A DNA stretch of 64,000 nt, taken from an uncultured Actinomycetota bacterium (lineage in GTDB: Bacteria; Actinomycetota; Actinomycetes; Mycobacteriales; Nakamurellaceae). Positions 1-7,994 of the stretch are shown here, in pieces (the first letter of the stretch is position 1; each line of letters opens with the position of its first letter). Made by a program: the position numbers and the translations under genes. The notes under the pieces are model-generated. The model was not told where the DNA came from. It worked only from the letters and a program-made list of their open reading frames with translations, and did not search any database. The stretch is taken from NCBI GenBank assembly GCA_963757645.1, contig CAVWTC010000015.1:93414-157413 (forward strand), written 5' to 3'.

Positions 1-186
1 CCGCTTGGGCATCTTGACGTCCAGGATGACCAGGTCGGGCCGCAATTCGGTCGCCATCGCGACGGCCTGCTCGCCGTCCGCTGCCTGGCCGACGACCTCA
101 AAACCCTCTTCGGACAACATCTCCGCCAGGTCCAGCCTGATCAATGCCTCGTCTTCGGCGATGAGCACTCGTCTCGGAGTCGTCAT
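1..186 (-). CDS. pdtaR: Response regulator, PdtaR/ANTAR-type (5' part, runs off the window)
   Basis: Manual translation MTTPRRVLIAEDEALIRLDLAEMLSEEGFEVVGQAADGEQAVAMATELRPDLVILDVKMPKR is a REC domain. GGAGG RBS. Divergent from tRNA-Leu, as is typical for pdtaR. The ANTAR domain would lie outside the window. Confidence 0.85.
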   Translation of the reverse strand, partial: MTTPRRVLIAEDEALIRLDLAEMLSEEGFEVVGQAADGEQAVAMATELRPDLVILDVKMPKR

Positions 187-414
187 CGGCACCCCTCCAG
201 CCATGCCGATGGCCGCGGATCGGCCATTGGTCCCGGCGGTCAGCGTAACGGGGCAATGTGTCCCGCAGGCTACGTGCGAACCCGCGGCGGTGTGATCTGA
301 ACGGCCGCATCGCCGCGCAACCCGACATCGTTGTCGTCGCGGTCGGCTCGACACAGTGGCCTCGACCCCGCGACCGGCCGTCTAAGATTGCTGCTGCCCC
401 GTTCGCGGGGCCTG

Positions 415-488
415 GCCCCCGTATCCCAATTGGCAGAGGAAGCGGATTCAAATCCCGCACAGTGTGAGTTCGAGTCTCACCGGGGGCA
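415..488 (+). tRNA. tRNA-Leu(CAA), short variable arm type
   Basis: Acceptor stem GCCCCCG/CGGGGGC plus discriminator A; D-loop TGGCAGA; anticodon arm GCGGA-TTCAAAT-CCCGC; T arm GTGAG-TTCGAGT-CTCAC. CCA not encoded. Confidence 0.93.
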
Positions 489-569
489 CAGCACGCACAA
501 CGGGCGGCGCGCTCGAGACTGGCGATCCGCGCAGACCGCTTCCGCCGGGGGCGGCGGCGCTGTTCGGAT

Positions 570-615
570 GCCCGGTATCCCGAATACCCACGCCCGGTAT
601 CCCGAATACCCACGC
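570..615. repeat. 22-bp tandem duplication GCCCGGTATCCCGAATACCCAC x2
   Basis: Exact copies at 570-591 and 592-613. Confidence 0.9.
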
Positions 616-802
616 ACTTCGAATTCCATCGGGTCATTCCTGATCCGGTCACCTGGAACCGGCCGGCATTCCGCCGTTTCGGCGGTCGTGGTGGCCCCCT
701 TCCGGCATTGTGCGCTCACACGTATTACGGATGATCTGGTTGACGCCGTAAGTATTATTGAGTCGCAGCCGGAAGGCGCAACTGTGTGACGGGGGCCCAG
801 TG

Positions 803-982
803 ATGGTGTTCGATCGCAAAGCGCGGCGTGCCCGCAAGAAGCTGATCAACGAAGAGTTGGCACGTCAGGACCAGGCGCGACGGTCCCGGCTCGACAAGCT
901 CGACGGAGCCGCGAAAGTTGGGGCGGATTACGCCAAGGGCATTTCGGCCGATGAGAGTGACGTTCCAGATGGTGACGATTAG
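803..982 (+). CDS. Small charged hypothetical protein (59 aa)
   Basis: MVFDRKARRARKKLINEELARQ...DGDD; basic N-terminal half, acidic C-terminal tail; AT-rich promoter-like sequence upstream. Confidence 0.5.
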   Translation: MVFDRKARRARKKLINEELARQDQARRSRLDKLDGAAKVGADYAKGISADESDVPDGDD

Positions 983-1106
983 GCCATTGGGATGCATCAC
1001 AATGGCGATGCACGGCGATTGCTCCGACTATTGATCGTCGTCGTCACCGCACTGCTGCATTTTCGTACCAATGGTCCAATAACGACGGGTTCACAGTCTT
1101 CGCAAC

Positions 1107-1133
1107 GCGACCGGCGACCGGCGACCGGCGACC
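1107..1133. repeat. 7-bp tandem repeat GCGACCG x~3.9
   Basis: Seen directly. Confidence 0.85.
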
Positions 1134-1180
1134 ATTCCGGAAGGGCCGGACAATCGTAGTCGCGGACGCAGATCCGCCGA

Positions 1181-2242
1181 TCAGGGTCGCTCGGCCAATG
1201 CCAGACCCGCTCGCAGTGATCCGGCGGAGTGCGCGACCGCTTCCCGGCAGCGGACGGAAATCCCCAGCAGGTTGGCGAAACCGTGGATCAGGTCAGGTTC
1301 CCGGCGCCGGATCACCGCGACGCCGGCCTCCGTCAGCCGGTCGGCGAAGGCCTCCCCTTCGTCGCGCAACGGATCGAACCCGCCGGTCACCAGATAGGTC
1401 GGCGGCATCCCGGACAGGTCGTCCGCCAACGCGATGGATACCCGCGGGTCGGCGCGGTCGGTACCGGGCGGCAAGTATTGATCGGTGAACCACTCGATGT
1501 CCTCATCGGTGAGCCCGAATCCCTGCCCGAACAGCTCCCTGGACGAGGAGCGGTTGGCGGTATCGCAGTGCGGATAGAACATCAGCAGAAAGGCCGGCGG
1601 GGGCTGCCCCCCGCGAACCGCGAGATGCGCGACTACGGCGGCTAGGCCGCCGCCGGCGCTGTCCCCGCCGACGGCGACGGTGTTCGGGTCGGCGTCCCAC
1701 TCCCTGGCGTGGCGCTCGGCGTACCGGTACGCCGCCACGGCGTCGTCGACGGCTGCCGGGAACGGGTGCTCGGGCGCGAGGCGGTAACCGACGGACAGCA
1801 CCCGAAGAGCCGCGTGCGCGGCCAGGAACCGGCAGAGCCGGTCGTGACTGTCCAGGCTGCCGGTGACCCACGCGCCCCCGTGGTAGAACACCAGCAGCGG
1901 CGAACCGGGCGGCAACCCGTCCGGGGTGTACAGCCTCCCGCGCAAGTCGGAATCGCCTGCCCGCAGGGGAATGTCAACGGCGCCGACGCCGGCTTCGACG
2001 GGACCGCCGACCAGCGGTCCACCGACCTCGAGCTGCTGACGCCTGCTCTCCAGCGTCGGTTTCGGCGCCCGACGGGACGTCACTCTCCCCAGCCGGAGCA
2101 GCAGCTGCAGATCGGTATCGAGGATCTGACCATCGCGGTGGATCGGGTGACCCGCCAGCAACCGACGGGCACCCGGCGGCAAGCCGTGGAAAACGATCCG
2201 CACCGCCCATGTCAGCTTCCGGTTCTGTTTGACCGTTTCCAC
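1181..2242 (-). CDS. Alpha/beta hydrolase, HSL-family esterase/lipase
   Basis: HGGAW oxyanion motif, GDSAGG nucleophile, FDPLRDE, HGF. TATGCT 6 nt before GTG suggests a leaderless start. Confidence 0.93.
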   Translation of the reverse strand: METVKQNRKLTWAVRIVFHGLPPGARRLLAGHPIHRDGQILDTDLQLLLRLGRVTSRRAPKPTLESRRQQLEVGGPLVGGPVEAGVGAVDIPLRAGDSDLRGRLYTPDGLPPGSPLLVFYHGGAWVTGSLDSHDRLCRFLAAHAALRVLSVGYRLAPEHPFPAAVDDAVAAYRYAERHAREWDADPNTVAVGGDSAGGGLAAVVAHLAVRGGQPPPAFLLMFYPHCDTANRSSSRELFGQGFGLTDEDIEWFTDQYLPPGTDRADPRVSIALADDLSGMPPTYLVTGGFDPLRDEGEAFADRLTEAGVAVIRRREPDLIHGFANLLGISVRCREAVAHSAGSLRAGLALAERP

Positions 2243-3336
2243 GTTGGGAGCATATGGCGGATGTCACCCCGGCTGCGGTCGGCGGTCATCGTCAGGCCCA
2301 CCCGCAGCGCCCCGGCGGCCTGCGCCAGCGCCTCGCGGCAGCGCACCGAGATCACCAGCATGCTGGCGAACCCGTGGATGAGGTCGGTTTCCCTGCGCAC
2401 CGTCACCCGCGTCCCGGCCTGCGCCAGCCGGTGGGCGAACATCTCCCCCTCGTCCCGCAGCGGATCGAAGCCGGCCGTCACCAGGTAGGTCGGCGGCATG
2501 CCGGAAAGGTCGTCGGCCAGCAGGATCGACGCCCGCGGGTCCGACCGGTCGACCCCGACGGGCAGGTACTTGTCGCAGAACCACTCGATGTCGGCGTCGG
2601 TCAGGAAGAAGTCCTTCGCGAACAACTCCCTCGACGCCGAACGGTGCGCGGCGTCGCACGCCGGGTAGAGCAACAGCAGGAACTCCGGGCCCTGGCGCCC
2701 CTCGCGGACGGCGCGGTGAGCGACCACCGCGGACAGGTTCCCGCCGGCGCTGTCACCGCCGAGCGCGATCGCTCCCGGGTCCGCACCGAGGTCGGCGGCG
2801 TGCGCCCGCGCGTAGCCGAAGGCGGCGGTGACGTCCTCGAGCGCAGCGGGGAACGGGTATTCGGGGGCGAGCCGGTACCCGACGGACAACACCCGGATTC
2901 CGGCGTGCACGGCGAGGAAACGGCACACCGCGTCGTGACTGTCGATGCTGCCGTTCACCCAGCCGCCGCCGTGCAGGAACACCAGCAGTGGCGACCCGGG
3001 AGGCAGCGTGTCAGGCGTGTACAGCCGTGCCGGGAGACCGGCGGCGGGGTCACCACCGGGCACGGTCAGCTCGCGGGTTCCGACGCCACGCACCCGGCCT
3101 CCGACCAGGGCACCCGCGACGTCGAGGTGCTCGCGGCGGCGCTCCAGGGTGGCCGCCGGTGTCCCCGCCTCGGTGAGCCGCTCCAACCGCAGCAGCAACT
3201 GGAGGTCGGCGTCCAGCGTCAGGCCATCCCGCCGCACCGGCCGGCCCGCCAGGAGCCGGCGCAGGCCCGGGGGCAGGCCGGTGAAGATCGCTCTGACCAC
3301 CAGTTCGAGCGCGATGGTGGAGCGGGGCACTTTCAC
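2212..3336 (-). CDS. Alpha/beta hydrolase, HSL-family esterase/lipase (tandem paralog)
   Basis: HGGGW, GDSAGG, FDPLRDE, HGF. TAGGCT 6 nt before GTG. Confidence 0.93.
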   Translation of the reverse strand: MKVPRSTIALELVVRAIFTGLPPGLRRLLAGRPVRRDGLTLDADLQLLLRLERLTEAGTPAATLERRREHLDVAGALVGGRVRGVGTRELTVPGGDPAAGLPARLYTPDTLPPGSPLLVFLHGGGWVNGSIDSHDAVCRFLAVHAGIRVLSVGYRLAPEYPFPAALEDVTAAFGYARAHAADLGADPGAIALGGDSAGGNLSAVVAHRAVREGRQGPEFLLLLYPACDAAHRSASRELFAKDFFLTDADIEWFCDKYLPVGVDRSDPRASILLADDLSGMPPTYLVTAGFDPLRDEGEMFAHRLAQAGTRVTVRRETDLIHGFASMLVISVRCREALAQAAGALRVGLTMTADRSRGDIRHMLPTWKRSNRTGS

Positions 3337-3459
3337 CGCCGCAGCCTAGGACCCCACTGCCAACTCGGCTCCTCCGTCGCCAAGTCGGTTCAGTGCGGTC
3401 CTCCGGTACCGATTGGCGCCCGGCTCCTTCGTCGCGGGCGACCAGAGGGCGCGGTCGCG

Positions 3460-4419
3460 CTACCCGCCCTCCGTGACCGCAGCACCGATCCGGTGGATCG
3501 ACCTGGGCAGATAAACCGCGGCCGATGACGGCTGCACCGACTGGCAGGTCAACCACTCCCGCGGCGACTGCGCCACCAGGACGGGAACGTCCAGCAGTGC
3601 GGTGCCGGCCCGCACCCGGACGACCGTCAGGTCCGGTGCCGACCGGGTGGATCTCAGTGGTCGCACGTCATCGACGTGCAACCCGGCCATCTCCCGGTGC
3701 ACGTGGGCCATCGCGGCCTGCTGGTCCGGCGGGAAGCCGACCCTGCCGCGGAGGTGATGTTCCAGGACCAGACCCTGATCGGCGGCTTCCACCATCAGCT
3801 GAGCGGACGACTCCGGCACCCGCCCGTAGAGCAGCCCGGTGGGCAGCACGAGAACGTTGGCGGCGAACCGGTCGCCGCCGACGTGACTGCACTCCCAGAC
3901 CCGATCGGGTCGAGCCGCCGCCAGGGCCGCCGCGACCGGGCGGCCACGCATGGCGCAACAGACGTCGTGCGTGCCGTGCGCGCAGACCAGGAACACCGGG
4001 ACGTCGTCTCGCTGCATCTTCGGCGCCCCGGTCCCGGCCGGGCTCTGGACGTCGAGGTCCAGCAGGTCCACGTCCCGGCGAAAGGTGCCCCAGCGCAGGC
4101 TCTCCCGACCCGGGCGGCAGTCCACCAGACCCCAGCGACGATCACCCGACGCAGAGGACCGGCCCGGCCGCCGGATGGTCAGCACCCGGACGCCGACCGG
4201 GTCGAGCCGGGCGATCAACCGGTGCGCGACCGAACGCTCGAACTTCGAATCCAGCAGACCGGCCCTCCCCCACGGCCCCGGCTGCTCCACCAGCAGCAAC
4301 CGGGCGGCAGGAAAAGCGGTGCCCAGCATGGGGTCTCCGCGCAGCGCCGACTGCGCCGCGCACCGCTCGGTGCGATCAGCCGGGACCGGCGCAGCCGCCC
4401 GAGGGGCGTGCTCACTCAC
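3460..4419 (-). CDS. Sucrase/ferredoxin-like (thioredoxin-like [2Fe-2S]) protein
   Basis: LLVEQPGPWG, CAHGTHDVCC (CX8C), WECSHVGGDRFA, YGRV. GTGA overlap with the upstream gene. Confidence 0.88.
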   Translation of the reverse strand: MSEHAPRAAAPVPADRTERCAAQSALRGDPMLGTAFPAARLLLVEQPGPWGRAGLLDSKFERSVAHRLIARLDPVGVRVLTIRRPGRSSASGDRRWGLVDCRPGRESLRWGTFRRDVDLLDLDVQSPAGTGAPKMQRDDVPVFLVCAHGTHDVCCAMRGRPVAAALAAARPDRVWECSHVGGDRFAANVLVLPTGLLYGRVPESSAQLMVEAADQGLVLEHHLRGRVGFPPDQQAAMAHVHREMAGLHVDDVRPLRSTRSAPDLTVVRVRAGTALLDVPVLVAQSPREWLTCQSVQPSSAAVYLPRSIHRIGAAVTEGG

Positions 4420-5726
4420 CGGGACACGGAGTCCGATCGCCCGCGCGGGTCGGCGGCCACCACAAGCCCCTCGCGGAGCAGCCGACGGGCCATCACCAGC
4501 TGCTCGTCGGGGTCCAGTCCCGGCAGCTCAGCGGGACGGAAGACGTTGCCGGACAAGGCAAGGCGGAGGGCGGCCGCGGCCGGCGCCGGCCAGCTGACGG
4601 TCGTGTCGAGGACCTGGACCACCGTCCGGTCGCCGCTGCCGCGGTACGTCGGCCGGGCGCCGGACCGCCGCCGCAGCGCGGTGGTGCCGTCCACCGATCG
4701 CAACACCGCCAGTTGGGCGAGCGGCGGCAACGGCGCCGGGCGGCTCTCGGCAGCCTGCCGACGCCCCACCCGGGCCGCGACCGCGGCGATCTGCTCGGCG
4801 TCCGATCCGTCCACCGCCGCGGCCAGCCTGGCGGCGGCGGCCTTGACGTGGCCGGCCAGCGCGTCCAGGTCCGTGACGTCGATGCCCATCGGCAGCGACC
4901 GGCGCAGCTCACGGTCGGCGGCGGCACCCGCGATCAACTCGCGGGCAAGGTCGTAGGCCGTCAACGGGTGCACACCCACCGTCAGGTGGATCGACACCTC
5001 GCCCTGCGCGACCGCGGAATGCAGGAATCCGCGCGGCAGGTAGAGCGCATCGCCAGGCTCCAGAACGGTATCCAGGAGGGGCTTCTCGGCGGCCCGGGCG
5101 GCGACCTGCGGCTTGCGCTGGTCCCAGGTCTGATCGGGCAGTGGGTCGTCGATCACCGGCCGGTGAATCGTCCACCGCTTGGTGCCGGCCACCTGCAGAA
5201 CGAAGACGTCGTGCGTGTCGTAATGGGCGGCGAAGCCCTGGTTCTGCGGCGGGGTGATGTAGGCGTTGATCTGCACCGGGTGACCGAGCTCCACGGCCAG
5301 CGCCGAGCCGAGGTCGATCAGCGGCGGCCAGCTGCGATGCAGCGCCTGCAGCACCAGCGTCGCCCCGCCGGCGAGCTGGGCGAGAACCTTGTCGTCGGCG
5401 ACCTGGTCGGCGATGCCGGCCCCGACGCCGCCGGATCGGGTGAACGACGCCGACGCGAGCACGGAGCCGTCCTTGGCCATCCGGAGGAAGGGCGTCCGCA
5501 ACCCGTGCCGGGAGATCAGGTCGTCGACGGCATCCGCGGAGAACAGATCGGTGAAGTCCCGGTCCAGCTCGGCCGCCGGGGTGAGCAGCGCATCCGTCCC
5601 CCAGTACCGGTCGGCGAACTCGCCGGGGGCCAGGGACAGACAGCGACGCAGCGCGCCCGCGTACGGAGCCGGCACGGGACGGGGGCGCCCGGATCCGGGC
5701 GCCCCCGCGAGTTCAGTCCCGGGCAT
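4416..5726 (-). CDS. JmjC/cupin-4 Fe(II)/2-oxoglutarate oxygenase (NO66/MINA/YcfD-like)
   Basis: NAYITP, GFAAHYDTHDVFVLQVAGTKRW (HxD plus K), LEPGDALYLPRGFLHSA (distal His), and a C-terminal winged-helix-like tail (RRLLREGLV). Confidence 0.9.
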   Translation of the reverse strand: MPGTELAGAPGSGRPRPVPAPYAGALRRCLSLAPGEFADRYWGTDALLTPAAELDRDFTDLFSADAVDDLISRHGLRTPFLRMAKDGSVLASASFTRSGGVGAGIADQVADDKVLAQLAGGATLVLQALHRSWPPLIDLGSALAVELGHPVQINAYITPPQNQGFAAHYDTHDVFVLQVAGTKRWTIHRPVIDDPLPDQTWDQRKPQVAARAAEKPLLDTVLEPGDALYLPRGFLHSAVAQGEVSIHLTVGVHPLTAYDLARELIAGAAADRELRRSLPMGIDVTDLDALAGHVKAAAARLAAAVDGSDAEQIAAVAARVGRRQAAESRPAPLPPLAQLAVLRSVDGTTALRRRSGARPTYRGSGDRTVVQVLDTTVSWPAPAAAALRLALSGNVFRPAELPGLDPDEQLVMARRLLREGLVVAADPRGRSDSVSR

Positions 5727-6136
5727 CAGCTGCCGGCAGACCCGTCGGCGCCACCATCGGCCCCGCCGTCGGCCCCGCCGTCGGCCCCGCCATCGGCACC
5801 GCCATCGGCACCGCCATCGGCACCGCCGTCATGGACGCCCGGCTTCCCGGACGCGCCACCGTCGGCCGGACCCTCGGCGCCGCACCATCGGCGCCCCGTC
5901 GGCACCGCCGTCCGCCCGCCATCGGCCCCGCCATCGGCACCGCCATCGGCACCGCCGTCATGGACGCCCGGCTTCCCGGACGCGCCACCGTCGGCCGGAC
6001 CCTCGGCGCCCGCACCACCGTCGGCGCCCCCGTCGGCACCCCCGTCCGAGACCCCCGCGACACCGTCGGCGCCACCGTCCGCCGGGCCTTCCACCGCGGC
6101 GGATCCCGTCGTGATGTCGTCGTCACTCAGGCTCAT
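5726..6136 (-). CDS. Asp/Gly-rich DGGA-repeat peptide (136 aa); candidate substrate or precursor
   Basis: AAAGGAGA RBS before ATG 6136; MSLSDDDITT N-terminus; about 19 DG dipeptides; TGATG overlap with the JmjC start. Confidence 0.8.
   Translation of the reverse strand: MSLSDDDITTGSAAVEGPADGGADGVAGVSDGGADGGADGGAGAEGPADGGASGKPGVHDGGADGGADGGADGGRTAVPTGRRWCGAEGPADGGASGKPGVHDGGADGGADGGADGGADGGADGGADGGADGSAGS
5741..6085. repeat. 12-bp coding repeats (DGGA) plus an ~80-bp exact duplication at 129-bp spacing
   Basis: GCCATCGGCACC-type units; the block encoding EGPADGGASGKPGVHDGGADGG occurs at about 5800-5881 and 5929-6010. Confidence 0.9.
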
Positions 6137-6261
6137 GAGCTCTCCTTTGCGTCTCCCGGGACCGGTCGGTCCACGGCGTGCTGCACCGGTACCCGAACCG
6201 GTCAATGGCCACGCTACTGATCATCGGCGATGGCCCGTCACCCGCCCGGCGATCGCCGCCA

Positions 6262-7086
6262 TCAGGTGAGGAACCCGCGCAGCAGGGCGGCCGTCCCGGC
6301 GAGGTGCTCGATCATCGACGCCCGGGCTGCGGCGGGGTCGCCACGCAGCACGGCGCCCACGATGGCCCGGTGCTGGGCATTGGAGTGGCTCAGATTGGGT
6401 CCGAGCAGCGGTATCCGGTCGAGCAGCAGGTTGGCCTGCATCCGGGACTCGGCGACGGACCGGATCACCGACGCGGACCCGGTCAGCTCGGCCAGGGCAA
6501 GGTGCAGCCGGGAGTCCAGCCGACGGTACTCGACCTGCCCCGCCGAGCAGGCGGCCTCGAGGTGGCCGGTCAGCGTCGATCGCGCGGCGGCGGACAGCGG
6601 GGCCGCGGCGGCCAGTTCCACCGCGCCCACCTCGAGGACCCACCGGCAGGTCAGGACGTCCTCCACCTGCTGCGCCGTCGGTGGCGCCGGGTCGCCGGTC
6701 CCGCCACCGGTCGGTGACACACCTGCGGGCGACAGATCCGACGACGACAGATCCGACGACGACAGATCCGACGACGACAGATCCGACGACGACATACCGA
6801 ACGGCAGCGGGGGCCGGACGAAGGTGCCGCCGGCTCGTCCCCGGCGCACCTCCACCTGACCGGCGTGACCCAGTTCGCGCAGCGCGTCCCGCAGCTTGGC
6901 GCGGGAGACACCGAGGCGCTGCGCGAGCTCCCGCTCCGGTGGCAGCCGCTCGCCGGGCGGCACGATGCCCAGTTTGATCACCTGCAGCAGGCGCTGCACC
7001 GTCTGCTCGAAGGCGTTCCCGGCGGCGATCGGGGCGAGCAGCGCTCCACCCAGCGGGGCGAGCGCGCCCTGCTGGTCCAGCGGCAT
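6262..7086 (-). CDS. GntR/FadR-family transcriptional regulator
   Basis: GERLPPERELAQRLGVSR HTH, RRGRAGGTFV, FCD-like C-terminus. Start position uncertain. Confidence 0.9.
   Translation of the reverse strand: MPLDQQGALAPLGGALLAPIAAGNAFEQTVQRLLQVIKLGIVPPGERLPPERELAQRLGVSRAKLRDALRELGHAGQVEVRRGRAGGTFVRPPLPFGMSSSDLSSSDLSSSDLSSSDLSPAGVSPTGGGTGDPAPPTAQQVEDVLTCRWVLEVGAVELAAAAPLSAAARSTLTGHLEAACSAGQVEYRRLDSRLHLALAELTGSASVIRSVAESRMQANLLLDRIPLLGPNLSHSNAQHRAIVGAVLRGDPAAARASMIEHLAGTAALLRGFLT
6731..6794. repeat. 15-bp in-frame tandem repeat x~4.3 (SSSDL) in the GntR linker
   Basis: GACAGATCCGACGAC at 6731, 6746, 6761 and 6776. Confidence 0.95.
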
Positions 7087-7123
7087 CGCCTCCGGGCTCA
7101 CGGTGCCTGGCGTGATCCACTCC

Positions 7124-7930
7124 TCAAAGCGGTGTGACGTACGCGGAGGACACCCCGCCGTCCACCAGGAAGGTGGAGGCGGTGATGAAGGAGGAGTCGT
7201 CACTGGCCAGGAACGCAACGGCCGCCGCCAGCTCCTCGGGTTCGGCGAAACGGCCCAACGGTACGTGGACGAGTCGGCGGTGGGCCCGCTCGGGATCCTT
7301 GGCGAACAGGTCCCGCAGCAGCGGCGTGTTGACCGGCCCCGGACACAACGCGTTGACCCGGATGCCTTCCCGGGCGAATTGCACCCCGAGTTCGCGGGTC
7401 ATCGCCAGCACCCCGCCCTTCGATGCGGTGTAGGAGATCTGCGAGGTGGCCGACCCGAGCACCGCGACGAAGGACGCCGTGTTGACGATCGACCCCTTGC
7501 GCCGCAGCCGCATGTACGGCAGCACCGCCTTGCTGCAGAGGTACACCGATTTCAGATTCACATCCTGCACCAGGTCCCAGGTGTCAGGGCCGGTGCTGAG
7601 AATGGAATCGTCGGCCGACGGCGAGATGCCCGCGTTGTTGAACGCGATGTCGATGCGCCCATAGGTCTCGTCGGCCGTCCGGAACAGCGTTTCGACGTCC
7701 CGTTCGCTGGTCACGTCGGCGCGGACGAACAATCCGCCCACCTCGTCGGCCGCCGCCGCCCCGGCGGCGTCGTCGATATCGGCGATCACGACGGACGCCC
7801 CTTCGCCGGCCAACCGCCGGGCGGTAGCCAACCCGATGCCGCTGCCGCCGCCGGTGACCACGGCGACCCTTCCGGGCAGCCGCCGGCAAACGGGCTGCTC
7901 GTCCGGTGCGGTGGTGTCCTGCAGTGTCAT
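7124..7930 (-). CDS. Short-chain dehydrogenase/reductase
   Basis: TGGGSGIG, NNAG, YTASK motifs. Confidence 0.93.
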   Translation of the reverse strand: MTLQDTTAPDEQPVCRRLPGRVAVVTGGGSGIGLATARRLAGEGASVVIADIDDAAGAAAADEVGGLFVRADVTSERDVETLFRTADETYGRIDIAFNNAGISPSADDSILSTGPDTWDLVQDVNLKSVYLCSKAVLPYMRLRRKGSIVNTASFVAVLGSATSQISYTASKGGVLAMTRELGVQFAREGIRVNALCPGPVNTPLLRDLFAKDPERAHRRLVHVPLGRFAEPEELAAAVAFLASDDSSFITASTFLVDGGVSSAYVTPL

Positions 7931-7994
7931 CTCGTCGCTCTCGGGTGTCGATGGGGCACAGAAACGGACGTCAACGGTGAGCTCGACGGTCGGC

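Noticed and set aside
415-488. tRNA-Leu lacking a long variable arm as a novelty
   Set aside because: Short-arm Leu(CAA/UAA) tRNAs are known in actinobacteria.
570-615. Possible CRISPR repeats (also 6731-6794 and 30414-30464)
   Set aside because: Head-to-tail repeats without spacers; no cas genes.
1181-3336. Esterases as maturation enzymes of the DGGA system
   Set aside because: A 123-bp gap and their own leaderless -10 elements suggest independent transcription. They are ordinary HSL enzymes, although a link is not formally excluded.
3525-6269. 914-aa plus-strand ORF with SAPP repeats
   Set aside because: It is the antisense reading of the ferredoxin, JmjC and DGGA genes. The minus strand has the RBS, translational coupling and catalytic motifs.
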